A stretch of DNA of 64,000 nt from an uncultured virus (IMG/VR IMGVR_UViG_3300017991_000054). Its lineage: Duplodnaviria > Heunggongvirae > Uroviricota > Caudoviricetes. The position numbers were made by a program, and so were the translations under genes. The notes beneath the pieces are model-generated. The model was not told where the DNA came from and made no database searches. It saw only the letters and a program-made list of their open reading frames with translations. Where the stretch lies: the IMG/VR virus record IMGVR_UViG_3300017991_000054. One strand, 5' to 3'. This document shows, piece after piece, positions 35,287 through 45,913 of the stretch; the stretch's first letter is position 1, and each line of letters opens with the position of its first letter.

Positions 35287-36675
35287 ATGGCGAATTACAC
35301 ATTAGCAGGCTTTGAAACTTTACCAAATTATTACAGGAAGCAGACTCATCTTACTTCCCAAGAGGTTAATTGGTTCTTTAAGAAAACCTGTAGAAAGTAC
35401 CTCAGATCTTTTGGTCAAAATTTCAAAGGAAATTTGAAAACTCACATTAGAGATGAAGTGAAGTTATTAGTGAATTGCAAATCAGATGGTATTTATGATG
35501 ATTGTATTCTGATTATCGACTCTGGCGGATTCCAAATATCCATTAACAAAGTTGCAAAGTCAGATATTCCAGGGTTTATGGCGTTGTACTATGACGACTT
35601 TCTGATTAAATATCATCACCTTTTTAATCGAGCATTTGTTATGGATATCCCGCCCGGTCCTGGTTGTGAAGCATTTGATGACTTTGATGATCTTTATAAA
35701 TTGAATGAAGAATCATATCTCAAAGCCGCACAACTGCCAAAAGAAGTCAGAGATAAAATGGTATACATTCACCATTTTAGAACCCCTGAATTGTGGAGAA
35801 TCTTTATGAAAATACTCAGGGAGAATGACTATTTTAAAGAATATCAATATCATGGAACTGGTGGGCTTGTGGCTAATATGTCATCTGATGTACAGATTCC
35901 ATGTATTATGCCGATGCTTCCATTAGTACCACTACTAAACGACGCTAAGAAATGTGGGAGAAATTCTATTGATTTTCACGTACTTGGCGGTTCTACAATG
36001 AGAGACGTCCTCTTCTATCAGATATTTCAAATCCATTTAAAGAAAGTACATGGAATTGACATTAATATTGGATATGATAGCTCTGGTCTTTATAAGGGAG
36101 TTATGATGGGAAGGACTATCCCAATTCTAAATGGATACAACATTCATAAACTGGACCTTCGAGAATCGAAATTAGATTTTCGGTTTATGAACAGCGAAAC
36201 AATTAGAGACAGATTTAAACACATTATGACAGATATGTGTGAAGATGTTGGATTTAAAAAGCTTCCTGAACAAGAATTGGATGACATTTATTATACACAA
36301 ATTGACAAAAGAAAAAATGGGACAATAAAAGAAACCAGAACTTTTATCCCAAATGTCAGGATGTATATTGCTCTCTATTACCTCTATAGTTACACAAAAG
36401 CAGAAGAAAGATTTAAAGCTCTTGCAAGGGGATTATATCCAGTTTACGAGAGTGGAGAAGTTGGAGAGTTTAATAGACAACTTGAAGAAGTCACACGTGC
36501 TATCAACTTTGGTAAAATCACAAGAAAACAAAAAGCGAAGACCTACAGCGTAGCAAAAACGTTAGATCTTCTGACTAGCTTGGACGAAGATTATTGCGAG
36601 AACTTAGTCAAGAAGCATTTAGCAAAAGATGAATTTTCAGATTTAGATCCGAATGCACAGGTAATGACCGTATGA
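35287..36675 (+). CDS. TGT/DpdA-like base-exchange transglycosylase
   Basis: LIIDSGGFQI, FVMDIPPG, GTGGLV, FHVLG, YDSS; QueE nearby. Confidence 0.6.
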   Translation: MANYTLAGFETLPNYYRKQTHLTSQEVNWFFKKTCRKYLRSFGQNFKGNLKTHIRDEVKLLVNCKSDGIYDDCILIIDSGGFQISINKVAKSDIPGFMALYYDDFLIKYHHLFNRAFVMDIPPGPGCEAFDDFDDLYKLNEESYLKAAQLPKEVRDKMVYIHHFRTPELWRIFMKILRENDYFKEYQYHGTGGLVANMSSDVQIPCIMPMLPLVPLLNDAKKCGRNSIDFHVLGGSTMRDVLFYQIFQIHLKKVHGIDINIGYDSSGLYKGVMMGRTIPILNGYNIHKLDLRESKLDFRFMNSETIRDRFKHIMTDMCEDVGFKKLPEQELDDIYYTQIDKRKNGTIKETRTFIPNVRMYIALYYLYSYTKAEERFKALARGLYPVYESGEVGEFNRQLEEVTRAINFGKITRKQKAKTYSVAKTLDLLTSLDEDYCENLVKKHLAKDEFSDLDPNAQVMTV

Positions 36676-37022
36676 CAGATCCAATGAAGATCCCATGTGA
36701 TCGATGCGGAGCCACTGGTCGAGAGCCGATTAGTGGCTCCGAACCTTTTTATATCAATTCCGGTGTAGATGGATATAAACTTTGTGATAAATGTCTTGGA
36801 AATAAGACTGTCGATTTTGTTGAAAATGTAGTTGGTACGAAATGGATACATGTTTCAGTTATTCGAGAGTCTGTAGATACAAAATTTTATATGACACAAC
36901 CCATTGGTCCAGCGAAAGGTGCTATATATTATAACGAAGATATTGATGAATATTTTCTATTTAACGGAACAGAATGGGAACCGATTGAACAAAATATAAA
37001 TGAATTGGAGGTGTGTGTTTGA
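36672..37022 (+). CDS. Zn-finger protein, paralog 4
   Basis: CDRCGATG...CDKCLGNKTVDFVENVVG. Confidence 0.6.
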   Translation: MTDPMKIPCDRCGATGREPISGSEPFYINSGVDGYKLCDKCLGNKTVDFVENVVGTKWIHVSVIRESVDTKFYMTQPIGPAKGAIYYNEDIDEYFLFNGTEWEPIEQNINELEVCV

Positions 37023-38521
37023 TTACGGAATCTTTTCTGAATTCCTGTTTTGACGTAGTTTTGACACCTACGACAAAAATAAAAAAGGATAAAACTTTAT
37101 ATAGAGATATACAAGCCGTTCTGGACCAATATGAAAACAAAGATAATCTTGACCTACCCATTAATATCAAAACAAAATTCGACTGTCTGAAGACTCTCTG
37201 CCGTTTAAAAATTGATGGACGGACAGTAGAAAATGCTCTTAATAGTATCATGGCGTCAAAGAAATATGAAACTCTTGACGACTTCTTTAAGTTAAGGGAT
37301 GAAATGCAAATAAAGGATGACGTCCTTGAAGATAATATAAAACAAATCAAATTGAGGAAAAAGTTAAGTACATTATATGCAAATTACGGGCAACTGACTG
37401 AGTTCCTCGATTCATTGAAAGATGGTTCCTTTGACTCAATAGATGATGTAGTAGGTAACTATGAAACTATGATCCGTGGGATATACACGGATATAATGAA
37501 TGAGAATCGAGGTCAAGCAATTGCAGCATCTTCATCTCTTGATTTGATGCAAGATGATTTTGATCATGTATTAGAACTCATCAAAAAGAAGTATGAAAGA
37601 AAGAATGCAATTCCAACTGGTTTTCCAATATTTGATAATGATGTGTTAAATGGTGGATTTGAACCATCTAGAGTATACATTATTGCTGGAGCTTCTGGGT
37701 CAGGAAAATCAACATTAACTAATAATTTCATCCTTAACTCTGCTACAAAAAATATGACAATTATAGATGGTGAAGCAGTAGCAGAATCAAAGAAAGATGG
37801 AATCAATCGAGTATTTGTATACATAACTCTTGAGAATACTATCGAAGAAGCTCTGCTAAGAACATATCAACCTTTGTTTAGAAAGAGAACGGATGAAGTC
37901 GTTCGTGAAATCACAAACGGCGTCAATATTAAAAAGAAACTAAATGACGAATTAAGAAAAACTAATAGTACAATCATATGTAAATATTTTCCCGCTAGAA
38001 GTGTTTCTGTACTAGATATTATGTCTGTATTAGATGACGCAATTGAAGAGTATGGAAAAGAAGCAATCAAGGGATTGTATGTTGACTATTTAGACCTTTT
38101 GAAGACTGATGCTAAATACGATCTTTATAGAATTGAATTAGGTGATATTACTCTAAGTTTCAAAAGTCTTGCAGTGGATTATAATATTCCCGTGATTCTT
38201 CCAACTCAGTTAGGGAGATCAGCTTATCGAGTTGAGGATGCTAGAAATCTAGGAGTGGATCAAATCTCAGAATCTATTAAGAAAGTCGAACATGCAGATT
38301 GTGTAATTCTCCTTAATAAAGATCCTGTAAAAGAGAATGTTGTGCATTGTCAGGTTGGTAAAAATAGAAGTGGGAAGAGCAATGTAAGTATTGATTTCAA
38401 AGTTGATTTTAGTCTATTCAAATTTATCTCGGGTAGTAAAATTACAAACACAGACAAGCAAGACGCAATATCTGAGGACAATTTACTGTCAGACTTCCAA
38501 GGTCTTTCCCACGCATTTTAG
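37013..38521 (+). CDS. DnaB-like replicative helicase
   Basis: IPTGF, AGASGSGKS, YITLEN, VDYLDLL, PTQLGR, SESIKK, KNRSG. Confidence 0.9.
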   Translation: MCLITESFLNSCFDVVLTPTTKIKKDKTLYRDIQAVLDQYENKDNLDLPINIKTKFDCLKTLCRLKIDGRTVENALNSIMASKKYETLDDFFKLRDEMQIKDDVLEDNIKQIKLRKKLSTLYANYGQLTEFLDSLKDGSFDSIDDVVGNYETMIRGIYTDIMNENRGQAIAASSSLDLMQDDFDHVLELIKKKYERKNAIPTGFPIFDNDVLNGGFEPSRVYIIAGASGSGKSTLTNNFILNSATKNMTIIDGEAVAESKKDGINRVFVYITLENTIEEALLRTYQPLFRKRTDEVVREITNGVNIKKKLNDELRKTNSTIICKYFPARSVSVLDIMSVLDDAIEEYGKEAIKGLYVDYLDLLKTDAKYDLYRIELGDITLSFKSLAVDYNIPVILPTQLGRSAYRVEDARNLGVDQISESIKKVEHADCVILLNKDPVKENVVHCQVGKNRSGKSNVSIDFKVDFSLFKFISGSKITNTDKQDAISEDNLLSDFQGLSHAF

Positions 38522-38626
38522 AAACAAACTACTCTAGATTCTTCAAATTCTATAGAACAAATTACAAAATACCACGTATATTGGCACCAAATGTAATATG
38601 CAATTCGCAATAGGAGGATATAAACA

Positions 38627-39553
38627 ATGGGTACTAGAAAAGTTAGTTACATGAGCTTATTAAAAGAAGCCATCAGCGAATTTGATACGTCGGATAAAGT
38701 CGACGTAAAAGGCCCGTTTCTCGATCCCATTCTAGGTTATGATGGTGGTGGAGAGCTACCAACCCACAAAGACGCTGCATCTATTCTTGAGAGATATTAT
38801 TTCAAAGAAGGATCTGACGAGGGCGTTCAAGTCGAGCATAAAGACGATGTAATGCCTGAAGAAGCACCAGCACAAGATGCGGCAGTTGGCGGACTAAAGA
38901 AAAAGATTGAGAAGGCTGTTGCTGATGATGAAACACCAACCAGAGACGCAGCACAAACAACCAAACTCGGCGAAGACGTTTCTGACATTTTCGAGGAAGG
39001 ATCTGAGGTTGTAGAAGAAGCTGAAGAACCTGTCGAGGAAGCAGAAGATGTTGAGCTTTCTGAAGCTGAGGAAATGGAAAATGCTGTCATTGAGAAACTT
39101 ATTGGTGAAATGGAACAAGAGATTGAAGAAGATGTTGATCTCGTTTCTGAAGAAGACTTCACCAAAGACGACTCCGGAACAGAACCTGCAGGTCTTCCTG
39201 AGAAGGATTTTGAGGGTGAACTACCCCCAAGAAAAGACAATGCAGACAGCGCTACAAAGGCAGCTAGTATTGACAAACCACCCGCAAAACCAAAAGCTAT
39301 GAGCGATTGGCAAGAAATCTATGAACAAGAAGAAGAACCTGCTCCCGAAGAGAAAAAAGAGGAAGAAGGGGAAGAAGAACTTGACGTAGATAAGGGTGTT
39401 GCTGCAGCTGAAGCTGCTCTTGGACCAATCGGCAATCCACAGGATGCAGAATCAGGGGAAGAACTATACGAACAATTTCAAATCTTCAAAGAAGCGATGG
39501 AAGATGAAGAAGATGCTCCTGCTGAGTTAGACTCTGACGAAATTCGTGTATAA
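38627..39553 (+). CDS. Highly acidic protein, putative prohead scaffold/core
   Basis: E/D-rich low complexity, at the start of the head module. Confidence 0.5.
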   Translation: MGTRKVSYMSLLKEAISEFDTSDKVDVKGPFLDPILGYDGGGELPTHKDAASILERYYFKEGSDEGVQVEHKDDVMPEEAPAQDAAVGGLKKKIEKAVADDETPTRDAAQTTKLGEDVSDIFEEGSEVVEEAEEPVEEAEDVELSEAEEMENAVIEKLIGEMEQEIEEDVDLVSEEDFTKDDSGTEPAGLPEKDFEGELPPRKDNADSATKAASIDKPPAKPKAMSDWQEIYEQEEEPAPEEKKEEEGEEELDVDKGVAAAEAALGPIGNPQDAESGEELYEQFQIFKEAMEDEEDAPAELDSDEIRV

Positions 39554-39560
39554 TCCAACT

Positions 39561-39592
39561 GGTGGCTACGGGGAAACTCGTAGCCACCTTTA
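39561..39592 (+). terminator. Hairpin terminator
   Basis: GGTGGCTACG-GGGAAACT-CGTAGCCACC-TTT. Confidence 0.55.
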
Positions 39593-39602
39593 AGGAATTT
39601 TT

Positions 39603-39914
39603 ATGAAACCACAGAAGTTAAGAGTTAACGATGTGAATCGGGTCGTGCCCGTACGGGGAAAACCAATTCGTACACCGTTTGAAACTATCGTCAGAACAGA
39701 AAAAGAACTTGACTTTTTCAAAATGGTGTTCAGGTCTCAAGGTATTCATGACTGGTCATTGCGAGATATCGAACCAGAAGATACACCTAAAAAATCTAAA
39801 GAAGAAAAACCTAAACCTAAAAAACAAGAACCTAAACCGGAACCAAAGAATGTAGAAGATATGTCGATCTTAGAAAAAATTATGGAAGATAAACTCGAAG
39901 ACGTAGACCAATAA
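39603..39914 (+). CDS. Hypothetical protein
   Basis: 103 aa, KP-rich tail. Confidence 0.6.
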   Translation: MKPQKLRVNDVNRVVPVRGKPIRTPFETIVRTEKELDFFKMVFRSQGIHDWSLRDIEPEDTPKKSKEEKPKPKKQEPKPEPKNVEDMSILEKIMEDKLEDVDQ

Positions 39915-39921
39915 GCGGAGC

Positions 39922-40218
39922 GTGAAAATGAAAGAAATTCGAATATTCCAGGGTGGTATGTCACCCATCGTCATATTAGATGATGACAAGTCAAAACTAG
40001 ATTCATATACAAAACGAATTTCTGCAGTACTGGAAATGGGAAATGTAGCAATCATTCAAACATCCACAGGAAATGTTGTAGTTCGTCCACATAAAATTGA
40101 GTCGATTTTAGTAAATGAGGTACAAGGGTCACCGTCTGTCGAGATCCAAGAGGCTGCACCACCTGAGCCAGAGAAGAAAGAAGAGGAACATATTGACATT
40201 ATAACAGACGGGGACTAA
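39922..40218 (+). CDS. Hypothetical protein
   Basis: GGAG RBS, 98 aa. Confidence 0.6.
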   Translation: MKMKEIRIFQGGMSPIVILDDDKSKLDSYTKRISAVLEMGNVAIIQTSTGNVVVRPHKIESILVNEVQGSPSVEIQEAAPPEPEKKEEEHIDIITDGD

Positions 40219-40219
40219 A

Positions 40220-40651
40220 ATGACTTTAATAATTGTAAGTTTGTTTGCGCTAGTAATTCTATCTGGAGCATTGCTCTGGTATGCAATCAGTTATAAATCC
40301 TATCAAAAACGACAGAGTTATGTAGATAACTTCACAAGTTATATGTCCGTATTGAATTATTATATGGAAAAAGCTTTTGATATGATTTATAAAGATAGAA
40401 TTCTTGTTTTCTCAGTTGAAGGTACAAGACCATCATCTGAAGAGTTTAACACTTACTCGAAGGACTTTTGTAAACTAGTTTTTAGGATGTTGGGTCCGAC
40501 TCTCTTAAAAGAATTTACATTTCTTTTTGGTAATGAAGAAACTTTAATTTTTCTTGTAACTGAGTATTTTAACACAAAGTCCGAAAACGACGAGATTCGA
40601 CAAGCATCCCTTGACCAAATAATGGAACAAGACATTGATGAAACTATATGA
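40220..40651 (+). CDS. Membrane-anchored hypothetical protein
   Basis: N-terminal TM helix. Confidence 0.65.
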   Translation: MTLIIVSLFALVILSGALLWYAISYKSYQKRQSYVDNFTSYMSVLNYYMEKAFDMIYKDRILVFSVEGTRPSSEEFNTYSKDFCKLVFRMLGPTLLKEFTFLFGNEETLIFLVTEYFNTKSENDEIRQASLDQIMEQDIDETI

Positions 40652-40871
40652 AAAATTTCTCGCAAAAGAAGCAAAGACAACTTCTCAAACGAGAATCACT
40701 AGACAAGCAAAAATATCAAGAGCTGTTGGGTCTCTTGCGTCAAACTTTGCGAAACAAAGAAATGATCCATTACACAAAAGAATGTTGTATCACTTAGATC
40801 TGTATAAGAAATTCAAACAACAAATTATGAATAAATATGCCTCAAGGGTAAGGGGTCAAGCTCGGAGATAA
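40635..40871 (+). CDS. Small basic protein
   Basis: 78 aa immediately before the portal gene. Confidence 0.6.
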   Translation: MMKLYEKFLAKEAKTTSQTRITRQAKISRAVGSLASNFAKQRNDPLHKRMLYHLDLYKKFKQQIMNKYASRVRGQARR

Positions 40872-40872
40872 T

Positions 40873-42735
40873 ATGAGTCTTAAAGACACTTTTCAAAAAT
40901 TAAAACTCTCAATAGTCGGTACAAAAACAACTGACATTGATGCAAGACTCGATAAAGCCGTTGCGGATATTACGTCTTATAAATCTAACAGTGGAAGAAA
41001 TGGGTATATTGATTTAGTCAGATCACTAATTTCGAAGTCATCTACAAGTTTTAATATTGATCCCCAGCGAGGAATCTTTTCCCAAGGATCAACACCTTCG
41101 TCATTTGGTCAGGCTGGGAGAATTAGACGATATAAAACTTTCGAAGGAATTATCTCAACTATTAACTATTGCTATCGAGCATTAGATGTTTTAACTGATA
41201 ATATCCTTGCTCCTGATGATATCACAAAAGTATCACTAGATGTAAAACCAAAACAGTTTCTCGAAGACGAAACACCAACCGAAGCAAGAACTGTACATGT
41301 AAAAGGTATTATTGAGAAATTAAAATTAGAAGAATACTTAAATGTCATTACCAGAAGTACATTACTATATGGTGACTTTTTTGTAGAAATCGCTGATGCA
41401 AAAGTTGCTCTTACAAGTCAAGCGTATTTAGCTGAGCAACAAGGAATGATAGAATCTGGACAGAAAGAAGTTTTAACAGCTAGTGATTACACAATCAATA
41501 TTGATTATAGTGCATTTATGGAGAAGACTTTACCAAAAACTTCCCCAAAAGTAAGGAATATGGATGACGTTTCTAAAATCAATTTTGTCTTCCATGATCC
41601 TTCAAAAGTTGTTAAACTTCAAAGTGAGTTATATCCATTATGTTTTGGGTATTTGATTTTTCCAAAGACTGCATTCGTACCACAATTAGCAATGCAAGAC
41701 CAAATAATCAATGATATTTGTGCAACTATTGTAAAGAGTCTAGCAAAGAAGCTCCCTCAAATGAAAGAATATGATAGTAAGGAGCTTCGAGACATTATTG
41801 CAGCGATGGTAGCTCAAGGTGCGAGTCATGAGAAAATGATGAGCATTCGTTATATCCCACCGGATAGAATGCAACATTTTATGAGACCATCGACTCAATA
41901 CTATCCTTATGGAGAATCTGTATTTGATTCTTGCCAGTTTACTGCTAGAGCTTTAGTTGCAATGGAAACAGCATTGGCAGTTCATCGTCTAGCCAAATCT
42001 ACAGAGAAAAGAAAAATTGCTGTAGAAATTGGTCTACCACGAGACGCCAAGAAAATGGTTGAGAAGTTAAAAGAAGAATTTAGAAAACGAAAAGTCAGTC
42101 TTGATAGTATGGGAACAGTGGACACAATTCCTTCAATGATATCAACATTTGAAGATATCTATATTCCCCAGAAGGATGGAAAACCATTTGTTGACGTATC
42201 ATCTTTTAACGAAGGAAGTGTGGACGTTAGAGGTAAGGTTGACGAATTAAAATTCCTAAGAGACTCGGTTGTATCCAATCTTGGAGTACCACCAAGTTTT
42301 ATTAACATTGAAGAGAATTTGTCTAACAAAGCAGCTCTAGGTGAAGAGAATATACTCTTTGCAAGAACTATTGTTGGACATCAAAAATATATTACACATC
42401 AAATAAATGATTTGATACAAAAGGTGTATGATATAGTAAATCCGGAAGAAGCTTTAACGATATTAGATAACGTGTCTATATCGTTACCTGTTCCAAAATC
42501 ACTACAATTCGAACGAGAAGCTAGATATCTAAGTGAACTAGCTAACTTAATCGAAACGTTGGAGAGGATTGGAATACCAAAACAGTATACAATGAAGAAA
42601 TACATGACGAATATTGATTGGGAAGATCTCAAAAATTATGAGGTTGATGAGAAGATTGAAAAAGAACTTGGTACTAAGCCTCAAGAAGACGCTGGTGGTG
42701 GTTTTGGGGGAGCACCCGGTATGGGCGGATTCTAA
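40873..42735 (+). CDS. Portal protein (T4 gp20-like)
   Basis: YGDFFVE, PYGESVFD, METALAVHRL, EDIYIP..DG, LGVPPSFI, ILFARTI. Confidence 0.85.
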   Translation: MSLKDTFQKLKLSIVGTKTTDIDARLDKAVADITSYKSNSGRNGYIDLVRSLISKSSTSFNIDPQRGIFSQGSTPSSFGQAGRIRRYKTFEGIISTINYCYRALDVLTDNILAPDDITKVSLDVKPKQFLEDETPTEARTVHVKGIIEKLKLEEYLNVITRSTLLYGDFFVEIADAKVALTSQAYLAEQQGMIESGQKEVLTASDYTINIDYSAFMEKTLPKTSPKVRNMDDVSKINFVFHDPSKVVKLQSELYPLCFGYLIFPKTAFVPQLAMQDQIINDICATIVKSLAKKLPQMKEYDSKELRDIIAAMVAQGASHEKMMSIRYIPPDRMQHFMRPSTQYYPYGESVFDSCQFTARALVAMETALAVHRLAKSTEKRKIAVEIGLPRDAKKMVEKLKEEFRKRKVSLDSMGTVDTIPSMISTFEDIYIPQKDGKPFVDVSSFNEGSVDVRGKVDELKFLRDSVVSNLGVPPSFINIEENLSNKAALGEENILFARTIVGHQKYITHQINDLIQKVYDIVNPEEALTILDNVSISLPVPKSLQFEREARYLSELANLIETLERIGIPKQYTMKKYMTNIDWEDLKNYEVDEKIEKELGTKPQEDAGGGFGGAPGMGGF

Positions 42736-42771
42736 AGTCATCACATAACTAGTACTAGGAGGAATATAAAA

Positions 42772-43002
42772 ATGGGAGCAAGACTTTGTACACACTGTGA
42801 AAGTAGGGGCGGTCTTCCACACATGATCGAAACATCACGACAAAAGTTTGTTAGTGGCGTACAACCTGAGGTCATCGAGTGGAGATGTCCTGTTTGTGGA
42901 TATACGACAACTGAAACCAACTATTATGAACCATCTGGTGGTACATATAATAGTGGTGTTGGATACGTAATGGAAGACAACGCTGGCCCTTCAAATCCGT
43001 AA
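42772..43002 (+). CDS. Small Zn-ribbon protein
   Basis: AGGAGG RBS; CTHC...WRCPVCG. Confidence 0.6.
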   Translation: MGARLCTHCESRGGLPHMIETSRQKFVSGVQPEVIEWRCPVCGYTTTETNYYEPSGGTYNSGVGYVMEDNAGPSNP

Positions 43003-43052
43003 TCCTTAAAAAGGGGGGTCGTGTAACGCGACCTCCCTTACGGAGTTTAATC

Positions 43053-43745
43053 ATGTCTGATTTCTTACAAGATGTGCTTGATATGTGGCAGGAGGACTAT
43101 CAATTCAAGTCCCAGCCATTTCCAATGGGTCAAAGTGGAGAAGATGACGACGTTCCGTACTCAGATACTACGGATGAGCCTTATGTAACCTACCAAGATT
43201 TGGATAACGAGCCAATGAAGTATAGCGGTAGATTAGAGCAAGGACCTGGGGAAGTCCCCACAACACAACCCGCTCCACCACCTCCAGCTCCTGGTGCTGG
43301 GCAACAACCCGGTATGGTGGATCCAGCAGCTGCCGGAATGGCACCGCCAGGTGCTGCACCAATGGACCCTGCGATGGCGGGCGGAATGGATCCATCAATG
43401 ATGGGTGGCATGATGCCTCCAATGCCAAGTGAGCATCCTTACGACGCACCATCATCACCAGCTGAGGTTGGTAGAATTTATGAATTGAAGAAGATTCACT
43501 CTAGATTAGTTTCAATTCAATCATATCTTTCTATGACAACCGATGTGCAACTAATCAAGCTGAGAAACTACGTTTCCCAAGCATTAGATCTATTTCGAAC
43601 GCTTATATCAAACGTAGATTTATATAAAGAAAAGGTAGATGCTATCGTAATCATGTTCTACAAATTTGTAGATGAAATTTACGCTATACTATCAAAATAC
43701 TACCGAGATACTACTTCAGGTAGAGATGTCAGAGCTGTTGAGTAA
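43053..43745 (+). CDS. Hypothetical protein with Pro/Gly/Met-rich linker (head-associated?)
   Basis: 230 aa between portal and protease. Confidence 0.65.
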   Translation: MSDFLQDVLDMWQEDYQFKSQPFPMGQSGEDDDVPYSDTTDEPYVTYQDLDNEPMKYSGRLEQGPGEVPTTQPAPPPPAPGAGQQPGMVDPAAAGMAPPGAAPMDPAMAGGMDPSMMGGMMPPMPSEHPYDAPSSPAEVGRIYELKKIHSRLVSIQSYLSMTTDVQLIKLRNYVSQALDLFRTLISNVDLYKEKVDAIVIMFYKFVDEIYAILSKYYRDTTSGRDVRAVE

Positions 43746-43758
43746 TAATGGAGGAACT

Positions 43759-44418
43759 ATGAGTCATTTCATACAAGAAGGAGCAATATTCCAAGAAGCG
43801 GAAGTTATTAGCAAAACGCCTGGCAAAGCTATCTTTCGTTGTACAATACAAACTGCAGACGAAGTAAACCAAAATAAAAGAATGTATCCAATGCAAGTTC
43901 TTGAGAGTGGTATGGGAGATTGCAGAACAAGAATGAAAAGTAGAGCTTTTCTTTCTGAACTTGACCACCCTTTCCCTCAAGGGAATCAGGTGTTCGACCA
44001 AATTCGACAAACGACTGTATCACTAAAAGAAGCGTCCCATTTAATTCGTGATTATGAATTCAGGGGTAATCATTTAGTTGGTGAGATGGAAACATTGTCA
44101 ACACCAAACGGATCTATTCTTTTAGGTTTACTCCGAGATAATTCTGGAGTTGGATTTAGCATGAGAGGTTTAGCTGAGCTAGAGAGATTAGAGAGCCACA
44201 ATATGGTCAAGGCGCCTCTTACAATTGTAGCATTCGACTCCGTTTCACAACCGTCCCACAAATCAGCAGTAGTCGACTTTAACGAAATGAGATTTGAAGC
44301 TGATATGTTAATGGAACAATCAGGTATGGTTTGTGTTAATGGAAGATGTTTTTTACCAAATTATTTTGATAAACTAGTTGAAACAAGGATGGTGGAGTTT
44401 TTTGAAAGGTGGGTATAG
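43759..44418 (+). CDS. Prohead protease (T4 gp21-like)
   Basis: NQNKRMYP, SELDHP, SHLI, TPNG, VGFSMRG, FDSVSQPSH. Confidence 0.85.
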   Translation: MSHFIQEGAIFQEAEVISKTPGKAIFRCTIQTADEVNQNKRMYPMQVLESGMGDCRTRMKSRAFLSELDHPFPQGNQVFDQIRQTTVSLKEASHLIRDYEFRGNHLVGEMETLSTPNGSILLGLLRDNSGVGFSMRGLAELERLESHNMVKAPLTIVAFDSVSQPSHKSAVVDFNEMRFEADMLMEQSGMVCVNGRCFLPNYFDKLVETRMVEFFERWV

Positions 44419-44421
44419 TGG

Positions 44422-44730
44422 ATGAAGATTCTTGCGAATGAGTCGTATACACGAGTGAAGAAAACAAAAAAGAAAAAAGATCTTGTCCCAACTATTGTGG
44501 ATAGGATCTTTTTAATTTGTAGAGAAGACCCAAATTTTTCTGTCAGGAAAGAGATTAGTCAGGTGGATGAAAAACTAACCGACATCCAAGAAAAACTAAG
44601 AAAACAAGACGGACTTCTATCTCAAGCGAATGAACTCCATAAAAATGTCTCTGAAAAAATTGAAGTTATTGACGATGAAAGTTTCAGAATAAAAGTGAAA
44701 GTTTTAGAATCGTTGGGGAGTGAATTATGA
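44422..44730 (+). CDS. Coiled-coil hypothetical protein
   Basis: 102 aa in the head operon. Confidence 0.6.
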   Translation: MKILANESYTRVKKTKKKKDLVPTIVDRIFLICREDPNFSVRKEISQVDEKLTDIQEKLRKQDGLLSQANELHKNVSEKIEVIDDESFRIKVKVLESLGSEL

Positions 44731-45140
44731 AAATAACAGAAACCGACATTCCTGACATCAGCATTAAAAATATTGATGAATCAAAGATTCGTCTAGCAGA
44801 TAAGATAATTGAAAACATCTATCCGCTCTTCGACGAAATGTATACAGAAAAGAGTGCTAGATTAATTCAGTTAAGAAAAGCGTTAGTAGAAAAACGAAAC
44901 TTGGTATCATCCAAAAAAGCAGAACTTGAAAAACTCCTTGAAGGTTACAAAAGAAAACAGAAAGTTAAAAAGTTGCTAGAACGAATTGAGCGACTGGTAA
45001 ATACAGGTCTTCTAGGATCAGGAAATTCAAGACAAGAGACAATAGTACTTCTTAAAATTATTGATCGCCTTCCTGACGAAAAATTAAACGAGCATTTAAG
45101 AAATACTATGTCCATAATCAAAAAGAGATTTACTGGATGA
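44727..45140 (+). CDS. Coiled-coil hypothetical protein
   Basis: ATGA overlap, 137 aa. Confidence 0.6.
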   Translation: MKITETDIPDISIKNIDESKIRLADKIIENIYPLFDEMYTEKSARLIQLRKALVEKRNLVSSKKAELEKLLEGYKRKQKVKKLLERIERLVNTGLLGSGNSRQETIVLLKIIDRLPDEKLNEHLRNTMSIIKKRFTG

Positions 45141-45748
45141 ATAGTTTTGTAAAGTTTTACTTATCAGAGATACAAGAAGCCACTGTATCTGTCCCCTCCG
45201 TTGATTCCCCTAAACCCAAAGAAGATCCTGGAAGACAAACAAAAATAAATAGGCTCAAACAATTACAAAAAGAATTCCAAGCAAAAAAGAAAAGATGTAG
45301 AAGGTTAGATGAACCCGCAAGAGGAAATTGTCTCAGATCTTTACAAGGATCAAAAAATGAGATTATGCGACTACATGGTGAATTGCATGGTCCAGCAACC
45401 AAAGCAGGCGCAACAGCTACTGGCGCAAAGAAAGCTGGTGAATTTACAGATAAACGAGATAAACTAGCTGGTCAAGCAAGAGCTGCAGGAGATGTAGCAG
45501 AAACAATTGCGAATGGTGTTAGAGTATTTAATCAATTTTATGCAGGAGCTGCAAAAGCATGTGCAAATCAAGCTAATAAGTCAGATTGTATGAAAGGTTA
45601 TAAAGCTCAAGCATTACAGAGAGGAAAAACTGAAATCATGAGAGGAATTGCAGCATGCGCAAATACTTCAAATCCTCAAAGGTGTAGAGAAAGATTAAAT
45701 ATGCAAATCAAAAAATATGACGAAAAAATAGCAAAACTCCGTAGATAG
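45137..45748 (+). CDS. Basic Cys-paired protein, possible internal head protein
   Basis: ATGA overlap; repeated C..x8-9..C helical units. Confidence 0.55.
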   Translation: MNSFVKFYLSEIQEATVSVPSVDSPKPKEDPGRQTKINRLKQLQKEFQAKKKRCRRLDEPARGNCLRSLQGSKNEIMRLHGELHGPATKAGATATGAKKAGEFTDKRDKLAGQARAAGDVAETIANGVRVFNQFYAGAAKACANQANKSDCMKGYKAQALQRGKTEIMRGIAACANTSNPQRCRERLNMQIKKYDEKIAKLRR

Positions 45749-45913
45749 AATCTCGCCACATAAGTTTGTTTCTTTTTACGTTTTAGAAACAAACCCATTC
45801 ATTTATCTCCCCTGTTTCATTCTAATATATATGTCCTTCTAGAACAAATATCAAATTCCCTACAGTTTCCGATTTGACAATGTTCAATGTTAAATAACCA
45901 AGGAGGATATGTT

